A DNA stretch of 64,000 nucleotides. Origin: an uncultured Ignavibacteriales bacterium (GTDB lineage Bacteria > Zixibacteria > MSB-5A5 > GN15 > JAAZOE01). Location: positions 3,912 through 67,911 of the forward strand of contig CAZGLR010000002.1 in NCBI GenBank assembly GCA_964526635.1, read 5' to 3'. The notes beneath the pieces are model-generated. The model searched no databases and was not told where the DNA came from. It saw nothing but the letters and a program-made list of their open reading frames with translations. Position 1 is the first letter of the stretch; each line of letters begins with the position of its first letter. The position numbers and the translations under genes are program-made. This document shows positions 44,760-52,432 of the stretch, in pieces.

Positions 44760-46196
44760 ATGGCTAAAGACCGCACAAAAGTACTTGTTATCGACGATGA
44801 CCCCAAAGTCGGCTGGATCCTCAACGAGGGACTTGCCGCCAGCTTTGATTTCGTCACCGCCCGCAATGGCGCCGAGGGTTTGCAGATGGTTACCACCGAG
44901 CGCCCTGATCTGATTCTCCTCGATATTAAAATGCCCGAAATGTCAGGGCTCGAAGTGCTCAAACGGTTGAAAAAAATGGAGGGGCGACCGGAAGTCATCA
45001 TGCTTTCCGGCCATGAAGAAACCAGCTATGTTGTTGATTCTATTAAAAACGGCGCGGCTGAATTCATCAAGAAACCATTCGACGTAAAAGAAGTCGAAAT
45101 TCACATCAATAATATTCTCGAAAAGAACCGTCTTCGCCAGGAAGTCACCAATCTTAAGACCGAGCTGCGGGCCAAGGCTCAGTATGAATCATTTATTGGC
45201 GATTCCCCGAAAATTGTTCAGGTGAAAAACCTGATCGAACAGGTAGCTGATTCGGAACTGACGGTGTTGATTCGTGGTGAATCCGGAACCGGTAAGGAAA
45301 TTATTGCCCGCATGATCCATAACGTCTCCAGTCGCAGCGAAGAATCGTTCACCAAGGTCAACTGCGCCGCCATTCCTCGCGATTTGCTCGAAGCCGAGTT
45401 ATTCGGATACGAAAAGGGCGCCTTTACCGGTGCGCATAAAACCAAGCCGGGCCGCTTCGAGGTTGCCAATAAGGGCACGATGTTCCTCGATGAAATCGGC
45501 GATATGCCGCACGATCTGCAATCGAAACTCCTCCAGGTTTTGGAGCAGCAGGAATTCGTGCGCGTCGGTGGGATCAATACTATTCATGTCGATGTCAGAA
45601 TCATCTGCGCCACCAACCGTAATCTGGAAGAGGCCATAAAGGACAGCAGCTTCCGCGATGATCTCTTTTATCGCCTGAACGAAATTACGGTCTTCCTGCC
45701 TCCGCTGCGGGATCGCCGCGATGATATTCCGCTTTTGACTGATCATTTCGTTGACAAATACAGCAAATTGTATAAAAAAGAACCGATCGTTTTAAGCGGC
45801 GAGACTATGTTTATGCTTTCCAGTGCGCCATGGCCGGGCAATGTTCGCCAGTTGGAAAACCTGATGAAACAAGCGGTTGTGCGTGGCGATGAATCGATTT
45901 TGCCGGAATTGCTGACCGCCCAGACAGCGGTGACCGACAAAAACGGCACGCACTCGGCCTCAGCACCGTCCAGTTCACCTGTGATAGGCGCCCCCGAACC
46001 ATTTGAAAATGATGACGACTCCTTATCACTCAAAAAACGCGTGGCCACCGCAGTTGCCCGTGAGGAAAAACGGCTTATCTCAAGAGTCCTGACCAAAACC
46101 AACTGGAATCGCCGCAAGGCTGCCGAGATTCTCGAAATAAGCTATCGTTCGCTGCTTTACAAGATCAAAGAATACAGTCTGAATGAAATGAAGTGA
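44760..46196 (+). CDS. Sigma-54-dependent response regulator (NtrC family: REC plus AAA+ plus Fis-type HTH)
   Basis: REC domain (VLVIDDD...DLILLDIKMPEMSG), Walker A GESGTGKE, the sigma-54 contact loop GAFTGA, Walker B MFLDEIGDM and a C-terminal HTH (RRKAAEILEISYRSLLYKIKEY). ATG 44760 is preferred over TTG 44739. Confidence 0.9.
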   Translation: MAKDRTKVLVIDDDPKVGWILNEGLAASFDFVTARNGAEGLQMVTTERPDLILLDIKMPEMSGLEVLKRLKKMEGRPEVIMLSGHEETSYVVDSIKNGAAEFIKKPFDVKEVEIHINNILEKNRLRQEVTNLKTELRAKAQYESFIGDSPKIVQVKNLIEQVADSELTVLIRGESGTGKEIIARMIHNVSSRSEESFTKVNCAAIPRDLLEAELFGYEKGAFTGAHKTKPGRFEVANKGTMFLDEIGDMPHDLQSKLLQVLEQQEFVRVGGINTIHVDVRIICATNRNLEEAIKDSSFRDDLFYRLNEITVFLPPLRDRRDDIPLLTDHFVDKYSKLYKKEPIVLSGETMFMLSSAPWPGNVRQLENLMKQAVVRGDESILPELLTAQTAVTDKNGTHSASAPSSSPVIGAPEPFENDDDSLSLKKRVATAVAREEKRLISRVLTKTNWNRRKAAEILEISYRSLLYKIKEYSLNEMK

Positions 46197-46434
46197 TCGT
46201 TCAATAACTGGACATTTTAGGCGGTGATTGTCGTTTCTTCTTGATATTTAATATAAGCGCAACAATTCTATAATTAAAAAAACTTTACCACCGCCCAGGT
46301 TCGAAACGCGCCCTTCCGGTTTCTGTAACTTACAAAAAAATAACGATATAGACACCCTCCGCTAATATCCCCGCAAATGGATTGACTGGTCTCGTAGCAC
46401 CGATTTGTCGAAAAATCTTTCCCATGCAGATGAT

Positions 46435-46450
46435 CGGTATAAAAATTGCT
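46435..46450 (+). promoter_or_regulatory. Candidate sigma-54 (-24/-12) promoter CGGTAT-AAAAA-TTGCT
   Basis: GG at 46436-37 and GC at 46448-49 have the canonical spacing. Lies about 55-85 nt upstream of the possible starts of the degenerate-GGDEF ORF. The first base is C rather than T. Confidence 0.4.
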
Positions 46451-46502
46451 TATATCCAGATGTCCTCTTATTGAGAAAACGCTCATGTGGGCGCGGTGAC
46501 CT

Positions 46503-46979
46503 ATGTTGACCAACAGCTTCAAGAGGAAAGAGGGTATGGACGCCAACACGATTAAGTCGTTTCGAGATATTGCCCTGCTTGAGCTCAAACGAGCTGAACG
46601 ATATCGCAATTTTCTTTCGATCTTGATCCTGAATTTTTCGGAATTTCTCGCAACAGCCGGCAGGCGGCGGATTTCATCGCCGGAAGATGCCGAACAATTT
46701 ATCGCCGAGGTCAGGGAACGGGTTCGGCGGGCCGCGCGGGAAACCGATATGGTCGGTGTTGTTAATGATTCACGATTGGTAATGCTCTTGCCGGAAACCG
46801 ATCGCGACAACGCCCAGACTGCGGGTGAACGGTTTCAGGATTTGATCAGCGAATTTTTGGGTGAATATCTGCAATCGGAATTTGATTTTGAAGTGCCGGT
46901 CGAGGTGGTATCATTTCCTGATACCACGGGGGATGTGACGCTGAAATCCCGCGTCAACAGCCTGTTTACCGAAAATTGA
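46503..46979 (+). CDS. Stand-alone degenerate GGDEF-like domain protein
   Basis: The sequence aligns by eye to the diguanylate-cyclase fold: LELKRAERYRNFLSILILNF (in place of DxD-FK), RETDMVGVVNDSRLVMLLPETDRDNAQTAGERF (VNDSRL in place of GGDEF). The start is either ATG 46503 or ATG 46536, the latter preceded by aggaaagaggg. Confidence 0.55.
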   Translation: MLTNSFKRKEGMDANTIKSFRDIALLELKRAERYRNFLSILILNFSEFLATAGRRRISSPEDAEQFIAEVRERVRRAARETDMVGVVNDSRLVMLLPETDRDNAQTAGERFQDLISEFLGEYLQSEFDFEVPVEVVSFPDTTGDVTLKSRVNSLFTEN

Positions 46980-47086
46980 TCGTATAAAGCGCTCTGGGAT
47001 TCAATCCGGTCAGGGTGGTTTCGGCCGATGCGTTTTGCACTGGCGCTTACTTATATTTTATCTATATTTATGCCACGGTAAAAAAT

Positions 47087-47713
47087 ATGAATCATTCTGA
47101 CAAAAACGATATCCAAATATCTGAAAAGGAACTGGTGCAGAAAGCCCAGGCCGGCGATTTCACGGCGTTCAATCAATTGATTGAACAGTATCGCCAGAAG
47201 ATTTATCGGCTGGCGCTGAAGATGGCCAAAAACGAACAGGACGCCGAAGATATTTTTCAGGATACGTTTCTCAAAGCAATCGACAAAATCGGCCAATTCC
47301 GCGCCGAATCATCTTTTGGAACCTGGCTCTATGCCATCGCCGTCAACGTCGCCCGGGCCCGCTACGGCCGGTCATTTGAAAAGGACCTGCTGCCGCTGGA
47401 AGAGTATTTGCCGGTCAAACCGGGCGAATCCGAGGCCCGGCCGGGGACTTTGTATGACTGGGATGATCCGCTGTCGAAGATGACCGCCGGCGAAGTCCAG
47501 CAGAAGTTATCGAAGGCGATTACCGAACTGCCTTTGAAATACCGGGTGGCGTTTTTGCTCCGGTATATCGAGGAGATGTCGGTGCAGGAAGTGGCGCAGG
47601 CGATGAACCTCACTGTCGCCGCCGCCAAATCACGGATCCTGCGAGCCCGCCTGGCCCTGCGCCAGAGTCTGAATGATTACTTTACCGGGGAGGCCAAGCA
47701 TGTCGGATTGTAA
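47087..47713 (+). CDS. ECF-type RNA polymerase sigma factor (sigma-70 regions 2 and 4)
   Basis: From ATG 47087. Region 2 (AEDIFQDTFLKA...FGTWLYAIAVN) and region 4 (LPLKYRVAFLLRYIEEMSVQEVAQAMNLTVAAAKSRILRAR). Confidence 0.85.
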   Translation: MNHSDKNDIQISEKELVQKAQAGDFTAFNQLIEQYRQKIYRLALKMAKNEQDAEDIFQDTFLKAIDKIGQFRAESSFGTWLYAIAVNVARARYGRSFEKDLLPLEEYLPVKPGESEARPGTLYDWDDPLSKMTAGEVQQKLSKAITELPLKYRVAFLLRYIEEMSVQEVAQAMNLTVAAAKSRILRARLALRQSLNDYFTGEAKHVGL

Positions 47714-47954
47714 TGAAATTATAAAATACTTATCGGACTATATCGATGGCACCCTTGATCCGGAATTGTGCCGTGAACTCGAAGAACAGCTCGGCGGGTG
47801 CGATAATTGCCGCCTGATGGTCGATCATCTGGAAAAGACAGTAAAAATTTGCCGCGATGGTGTCTGCGCCGAACTGCCTCAGGATCTGCAGAAAAAACTC
47901 AATTCCAAACTTGAAGCAAAATGGAAAGAAAAGTTCGGCGCCGGATCCTCCTGA
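47700..47954 (+). CDS. Small soluble Cys-rich anti-sigma factor (zf-HC2/ZAS-like)
   Basis: 84 aa, overlapping the sigma gene by 14 nt. The N-terminal CNEIIKYLSDYIDGTL...LGGCDNC pattern resembles anti-sigma zinc fingers. Six Cys and no TM helix. Confidence 0.6.
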   Translation: MSDCNEIIKYLSDYIDGTLDPELCRELEEQLGGCDNCRLMVDHLEKTVKICRDGVCAELPQDLQKKLNSKLEAKWKEKFGAGSS

Positions 47955-48324
47955 TAAGCCAATATTCTCTATTTGTCGGTGCTTTGAACAAAGTACGGTT
48001 ATCTAAAATGTTTAACGATAATTGATTACGCGATATGGTCGATTGTCCTTCCAAACCTGTCCATCTATTGGACACTTTGGGATGATTCCATTTTTTAATC
48101 TTCGTGGTCGCGATTGCCCTTCTGTTCCCCATAAAACTACAGCGATTTGTGTTAATTACTTGACTGACAATATGTTAACTACGCCTGTTCGGTTTTTGGC
48201 GCAGCCCCGGAGTATTTTTTTCGGCCGGAAAAGTTGTCGGCGACTCGTACAGTGGGGCGACCCCACATGACAACATATTTTTTAAGTCGTTGTCAATCAA
48301 TCGCTAAATAAATAATTTCGGTTT

Positions 48325-48340
48325 TGGAATGACCTTTGCT
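48325..48340 (+). promoter_or_regulatory. Near-consensus sigma-54 (-24/-12) promoter TGGAAT-GACCT-TTGCT
   Basis: GG at 48326-27 and GC at 48338-39 have the canonical spacing. Lies about 45 nt upstream of the AGGAG-preceded ATG 48386 of the PEP-CTERM gene. Confidence 0.6.
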
Positions 48341-48385
48341 GTTAGATAAGCCAGAGAAATGAAAACACTAAAAGGAGTTACGATA

Positions 48386-49048
48386 ATGCGTAAGAATCTA
48401 CTTATCACTCTGCTTGCACTGGTCTTCTGCGGATCAGTCTTTGCCGTCCCGACTCTTTATGTCGATGGCGACGCTCAGACTGATATTCGCGATGGTGCCG
48501 GAAATGTAGCGCTTTCGTTTGCCGGTCCGACCCAGACCTGGACGCTGCTGGCCGAATTTGCCGGTTGGGCGGCCGATAACAATTTCGGTTACTATACCGA
48601 TTTTGCTGATCCGGCTGGCGAACCGCCGACCATCATCTTCCCCGGCTCCGACAGCCCGGTCATCAACAAGACGACCACCATCGCTGCCGGTACCGATATT
48701 GGTCTGTACATGAAGTCAGAGGCTATTTCGCCGAATCCGACCCTGTACTCCCATTTCGCGTTCAACGAGAATACACCCGACGATACTTATCAGTATTTTT
48801 ATGTGTATGACGTCAGCATGTATCGCGGTATGGGCAAAACCTATTTCTTCGATACTGAAAACGAAGATTACTCCACGACCCAGGATTTCGACTATCTGAT
48901 TTATATCGACGATAGTGGTGCCGCTCTTCCTGAATTCGATCACAACGATATGATTATCGGCGTGACCGCTGTTCCGGAACCGACCACGATGCTCCTGTTC
49001 GGTCTGGGTATGCTGGGCGTTGGCGTGAGCCGTCGCCTCCGCAAGTAA
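48386..49048 (+). CDS. PEP-CTERM sorting-domain protein (DUF4114-like mature region)
   Basis: Signal peptide MRKNLLITLLALVFCGSVFA. The C-terminal VPEPTTMLLFGLGMLGVGVSRRLRK is the PEP motif plus a TM helix plus a basic tail. AGGAG lies 8 nt before ATG 48386; the ORF-track start is 48359. Confidence 0.85.
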   Translation: MRKNLLITLLALVFCGSVFAVPTLYVDGDAQTDIRDGAGNVALSFAGPTQTWTLLAEFAGWAADNNFGYYTDFADPAGEPPTIIFPGSDSPVINKTTTIAAGTDIGLYMKSEAISPNPTLYSHFAFNENTPDDTYQYFYVYDVSMYRGMGKTYFFDTENEDYSTTQDFDYLIYIDDSGAALPEFDHNDMIIGVTAVPEPTTMLLFGLGMLGVGVSRRLRK

Positions 49049-49076
49049 CACCGGTTCAATCAGACGTATCGATTTG

Positions 49077-49108
49077 AAACGCCACCTTCTACAGGTGGCG
49101 TTTTTTTT
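49077..49108 (+). terminator. Rho-independent terminator
   Basis: aaacgccacc / ttctaca / ggtggcgttt followed by T8, about 30 nt after the PEP-CTERM stop. Confidence 0.85.
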
Positions 49109-49145
49109 GTCATAACCTGTTTTTACCCATCCATTTTACGGAATT

Positions 49146-51599
49146 ATGCATAAACCCCAAATCCCCATCTTCGATTTTTTTGAATCGTTTTCGCGACCGG
49201 GCCATCTAAAAGGACAATTGCAGGAATTGATCAAAACCGAAAGGATGGGTGTCGTGAAAGAAGGAATAACAAATTTTTCGATAAAGCACCCCTTTATCGT
49301 CATCTCAATTGTGGTGGTCCTGACCGCCTTTTTCGGCTATCAGTTGACCAATATTACAATTGATACCGACCCGGAAAACATGTTGCCGGAAGATGAACCG
49401 GTGCGCGTTTTCAATGATGAAGTCAAAGAGATGTTCGGCATCGACGACTTCATTGCAGTCGGGGTGGTCGATCAACAGGGTGCCTTTACGGCCGAGCAGT
49501 TGCGCCGTATTTATGCCATTACCGAAGAAATCAAGAAAATCGATGGCGTCATCGTGGATGACATCATGGCGCCTTCGACCGTTGATGATATCCGCCAGGG
49601 CGGTGGCAATTCCATTGTTGTTGAAACCCTGATGGAGGATGCTCCGGATTCCGATTCCGGCGCCCAGTATATCCTGGGCCGGATCAAGGATAATCCGATC
49701 CTGAGGGGTAAATTGGCTTCCGATGACGGCAAGGCGCTGGCCCTTTTTATTCCGATAGAGGCCAAAGACCATTCGCACCGTATCGCCGGTGAAATTACCG
49801 CCATCACTGATCGGCTGGGTGGCGATGAGGATTATTACATTGCGGGCCTGCCGGTTGCCGAAGACAGCTTCGGTGTCATGATGTTTGGTCAGATGATCTA
49901 CTCGGCGCCGTTGGCCGGACTCATCATCTTTATCCTCATGTTCATCTTCTTCCGGAACATCAGGATAATCATCCCGCCTATGATCGTCGCCGTGACCGCC
50001 ATTATATGGACTATGGGCGCGCTGGTGATGACGGGGCATACGGTCCATATTATGAGCTCGATGATCCCTATCTTTTTGTTTCCGATCGCGGTGCTGAACT
50101 CGATTCATATCCTCAGCGAGTTTCATGATCGTTATGGCAAATACAAGCATAAAGAGCCGACTATTCGCCATACTATAAATGAGCTGTTTATGCCGATGTT
50201 GTTTACTTCGGCGACGACCGTGGTCGGCTTCCTGTCGCTGCTGTCCAACAATATTCCGCCGGTGCAGGTTTTCGGTATCTTCGTCGCCTTTGGCGTCGGC
50301 GTGTCCTGGCTGCTTTCGATAACGCTCAACCCGGCGTTTGCCATGCTGCTGCCGGACAAGACCCTGAGGAATTTTGGCAAATCGAGCGATGAAGAAGATA
50401 AGTCACCTCTTTCAGCGGTAAACCATTTCCTCCGCGATTTCGCCGCCAAATACAGTAAGTCCATCCTTTTTGGCGCGACTGCTGTCGTTATCGTCTCGGC
50501 CGTCGGTCTTTCGATGATCACGGTCAACGACAATCCGGTCAAATGGTTCAAACCCTCTGATCCGCTTCGCCAGGCTGATCAGGCGCTCAACGCTCACCTC
50601 GCTGGAACCTATATGAATTATCTGGTCTTCGAGGGTGACGATGAAGGTGCCCTGAAAAATCCCGAACTGCTGCGCTATATCGAGGGTCTCCAACAACACC
50701 TTGAAAAAATTGATATAGTCGGTTCCACTACCGGTATCACCGATGTTATCAAGAAGATCCGCTATGAACTGCTGGGTGCCAATGACATGGCGACTTACGC
50801 CATTCCCGATGATGAAGCCGCGGTAGGCCAATTCCTGTTTCTCTATGAAATGACCGGCGGTGATCCGGATGATCTTTTCAAGCTGATCACCTCGGATTAT
50901 TCCAAGGCCAATGTCTGGGTTCAGATGACTGGTGGTGATAATCAGGCGGTTGCCGGTGTGGTTCACGCCGCTGAACAGTATCTGGTTGACAATCCGCCGC
51001 CCGCCGAAGTCGATGTCCACTGGGCCGGTCTGCCGTATGTCAATGTCGTCTGGCAGGATAAAATGGTTTCCGGAATGCGCATCTCGCTGCTGTCCTCATT
51101 TGGCATCGTGTTTATCATGATGAGCTTCCTGTTCCGTTCGCTCATCTGGGGCGTGGTCTCCATGTTGCCGTTGTCGATCACCATTATGGCGATCTATGGC
51201 GCAGTGGGGTACATCGGAAAGCCCTATGATATGCCGATTGCGGTGCTGTCATCATTGACACTGGGGTTATCGGTGGACTTCGCGATCCATTTCATACAAA
51301 GATCACGGATGATCCACAAAAGAACCGGTAATTACAAGGAAACTTACCGTCTGATTTTCGAAGGCCCCGGCCGCGCAATCAGCCGCAATGTGCTGGTGAT
51401 TGCCATCGGTTTTGTCCCGATGTTCTTCTCGAACCTGGTGCCGTATATCACGGTCGGGACGTTCTTCTTCGCGATCATGACCGTTTCCGGGGCCGTTACT
51501 CTGCTCTTGCTGCCGGCCATAACGCAAGTGTTCCATAAGAAGCTTTTTCCGGAACATGAAAACAAGAAATCAAATGATAGAATAACCGTAGGAGGTTGA
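49146..51599 (+). CDS. MMPL/RND-superfamily exporter (12-TM, two large periplasmic loops)
   Basis: 817 aa with two 6-TM bundles separated by soluble loops of about 200 aa, giving internal duplication typical of the MMPL/HpnN-like RND family. ATG 49245 is an alternative start. Confidence 0.75.
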   Translation: MHKPQIPIFDFFESFSRPGHLKGQLQELIKTERMGVVKEGITNFSIKHPFIVISIVVVLTAFFGYQLTNITIDTDPENMLPEDEPVRVFNDEVKEMFGIDDFIAVGVVDQQGAFTAEQLRRIYAITEEIKKIDGVIVDDIMAPSTVDDIRQGGGNSIVVETLMEDAPDSDSGAQYILGRIKDNPILRGKLASDDGKALALFIPIEAKDHSHRIAGEITAITDRLGGDEDYYIAGLPVAEDSFGVMMFGQMIYSAPLAGLIIFILMFIFFRNIRIIIPPMIVAVTAIIWTMGALVMTGHTVHIMSSMIPIFLFPIAVLNSIHILSEFHDRYGKYKHKEPTIRHTINELFMPMLFTSATTVVGFLSLLSNNIPPVQVFGIFVAFGVGVSWLLSITLNPAFAMLLPDKTLRNFGKSSDEEDKSPLSAVNHFLRDFAAKYSKSILFGATAVVIVSAVGLSMITVNDNPVKWFKPSDPLRQADQALNAHLAGTYMNYLVFEGDDEGALKNPELLRYIEGLQQHLEKIDIVGSTTGITDVIKKIRYELLGANDMATYAIPDDEAAVGQFLFLYEMTGGDPDDLFKLITSDYSKANVWVQMTGGDNQAVAGVVHAAEQYLVDNPPPAEVDVHWAGLPYVNVVWQDKMVSGMRISLLSSFGIVFIMMSFLFRSLIWGVVSMLPLSITIMAIYGAVGYIGKPYDMPIAVLSSLTLGLSVDFAIHFIQRSRMIHKRTGNYKETYRLIFEGPGRAISRNVLVIAIGFVPMFFSNLVPYITVGTFFFAIMTVSGAVTLLLLPAITQVFHKKLFPEHENKKSNDRITVGG

Positions 51600-51601
51600 A
51601 A

Positions 51602-52408
51602 ATGAAGACTACGTTCCTTTACTCGTTACTGCTTGTCGCCACCCTGATGTTTGTGGGCGGTGTGGCGGTCGCTGAAGACGCCGCCGAGATTATGAAGAAA
51701 TCACACATGGCGTACTATTACGCCGGTGATGACGGTGTTGCCGATGTCACGATGGATATCGTAAAAAGCAACGGCAAAACACGTACCCGCGAGTTCACCA
51801 TGCTGCGCCTCGACCTGGTCGAGGGCGGCGAACAAAAGTACTACACATACTTTCGGAAACCGTCGGATGTCTCGCGCATGACCTTCATGGTCTGGAAAAA
51901 CCCCAACAGCAGCGATGACCGCTGGCTGTATATTCCGGCGGTTGATCTGGTCAAACGGATTTCGGCCGATGACAAGAACTCGTCCTTTGTCGGGTCAAAC
52001 TTCTCCTATGAAGATGTCTCGGGTCGTCATTGGACCGAGGATACGCATACGCTCGTCTCGGCCGATGAAACTCTCGATAGCCGCCCGGTGTATCTGATAA
52101 GCTCCAAGCCAAATGATCCCGGATACAAGGCCTTTGCCGAAAAGAAAACCTGGGTGGATAAAGAGAATTACCTGCCGCTCAAGGAAGAATACTACAACGA
52201 CAAAGGTGAATTGATCCGCGTCTTTGCCGCCGATCAGGTGGAAGAGATTGATGGTATCCTGACGGTTGTCACGCGGACGATGAAAGACATCAAGGGTGAG
52301 CAGCATACGACCATCACCTTCAATAACATCGACTACAATACAGGTGTCGGCGATGATATTTTCACTGAGCGCTACCTCAAGGCTCCGCCGCGCCAGTACA
52401 TCAAGTAA
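51602..52408 (+). CDS. Outer-membrane lipoprotein-sorting (LolA-like) periplasmic protein
   Basis: Signal peptide, then AAEIMKKSH...DDRWLYIPAVDLVKRISADDKNSSFVGSNFSYEDV...KKTWVDKENYLPLKEEYYNDKGELIRV...FTERYLK, which matches the LolA_like family pattern. ggagg RBS; overlaps the MMPL gene end. Confidence 0.8.
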   Translation: MKTTFLYSLLLVATLMFVGGVAVAEDAAEIMKKSHMAYYYAGDDGVADVTMDIVKSNGKTRTREFTMLRLDLVEGGEQKYYTYFRKPSDVSRMTFMVWKNPNSSDDRWLYIPAVDLVKRISADDKNSSFVGSNFSYEDVSGRHWTEDTHTLVSADETLDSRPVYLISSKPNDPGYKAFAEKKTWVDKENYLPLKEEYYNDKGELIRVFAADQVEEIDGILTVVTRTMKDIKGEQHTTITFNNIDYNTGVGDDIFTERYLKAPPRQYIK

Positions 52409-52432
52409 CTAAAAACCGGGAGGGAATTGACT

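Noticed and set aside
46274-46810. 178-aa minus-strand ORF overlapping the degenerate GGDEF gene and its upstream region.
   Set aside because: The product is Ser/Arg-rich with no domain signature. The plus-strand ORF shows the GGDEF-fold landmarks and has promoter/RBS candidates.
48180-48265. Possible c-di-GMP or other riboswitch in the PEP-CTERM leader (small hairpins such as ggggcgacccc).
   Set aside because: It lies upstream of the predicted sigma-54 start site, and none of the conserved riboswitch core sequences I know are present.
48022-48270. 82-aa plus-strand ORF in the long leader of the PEP-CTERM gene.
   Set aside because: It has no RBS and an odd composition, and it lies across the candidate enhancer repeats. 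The region is more plausibly regulatory DNA.
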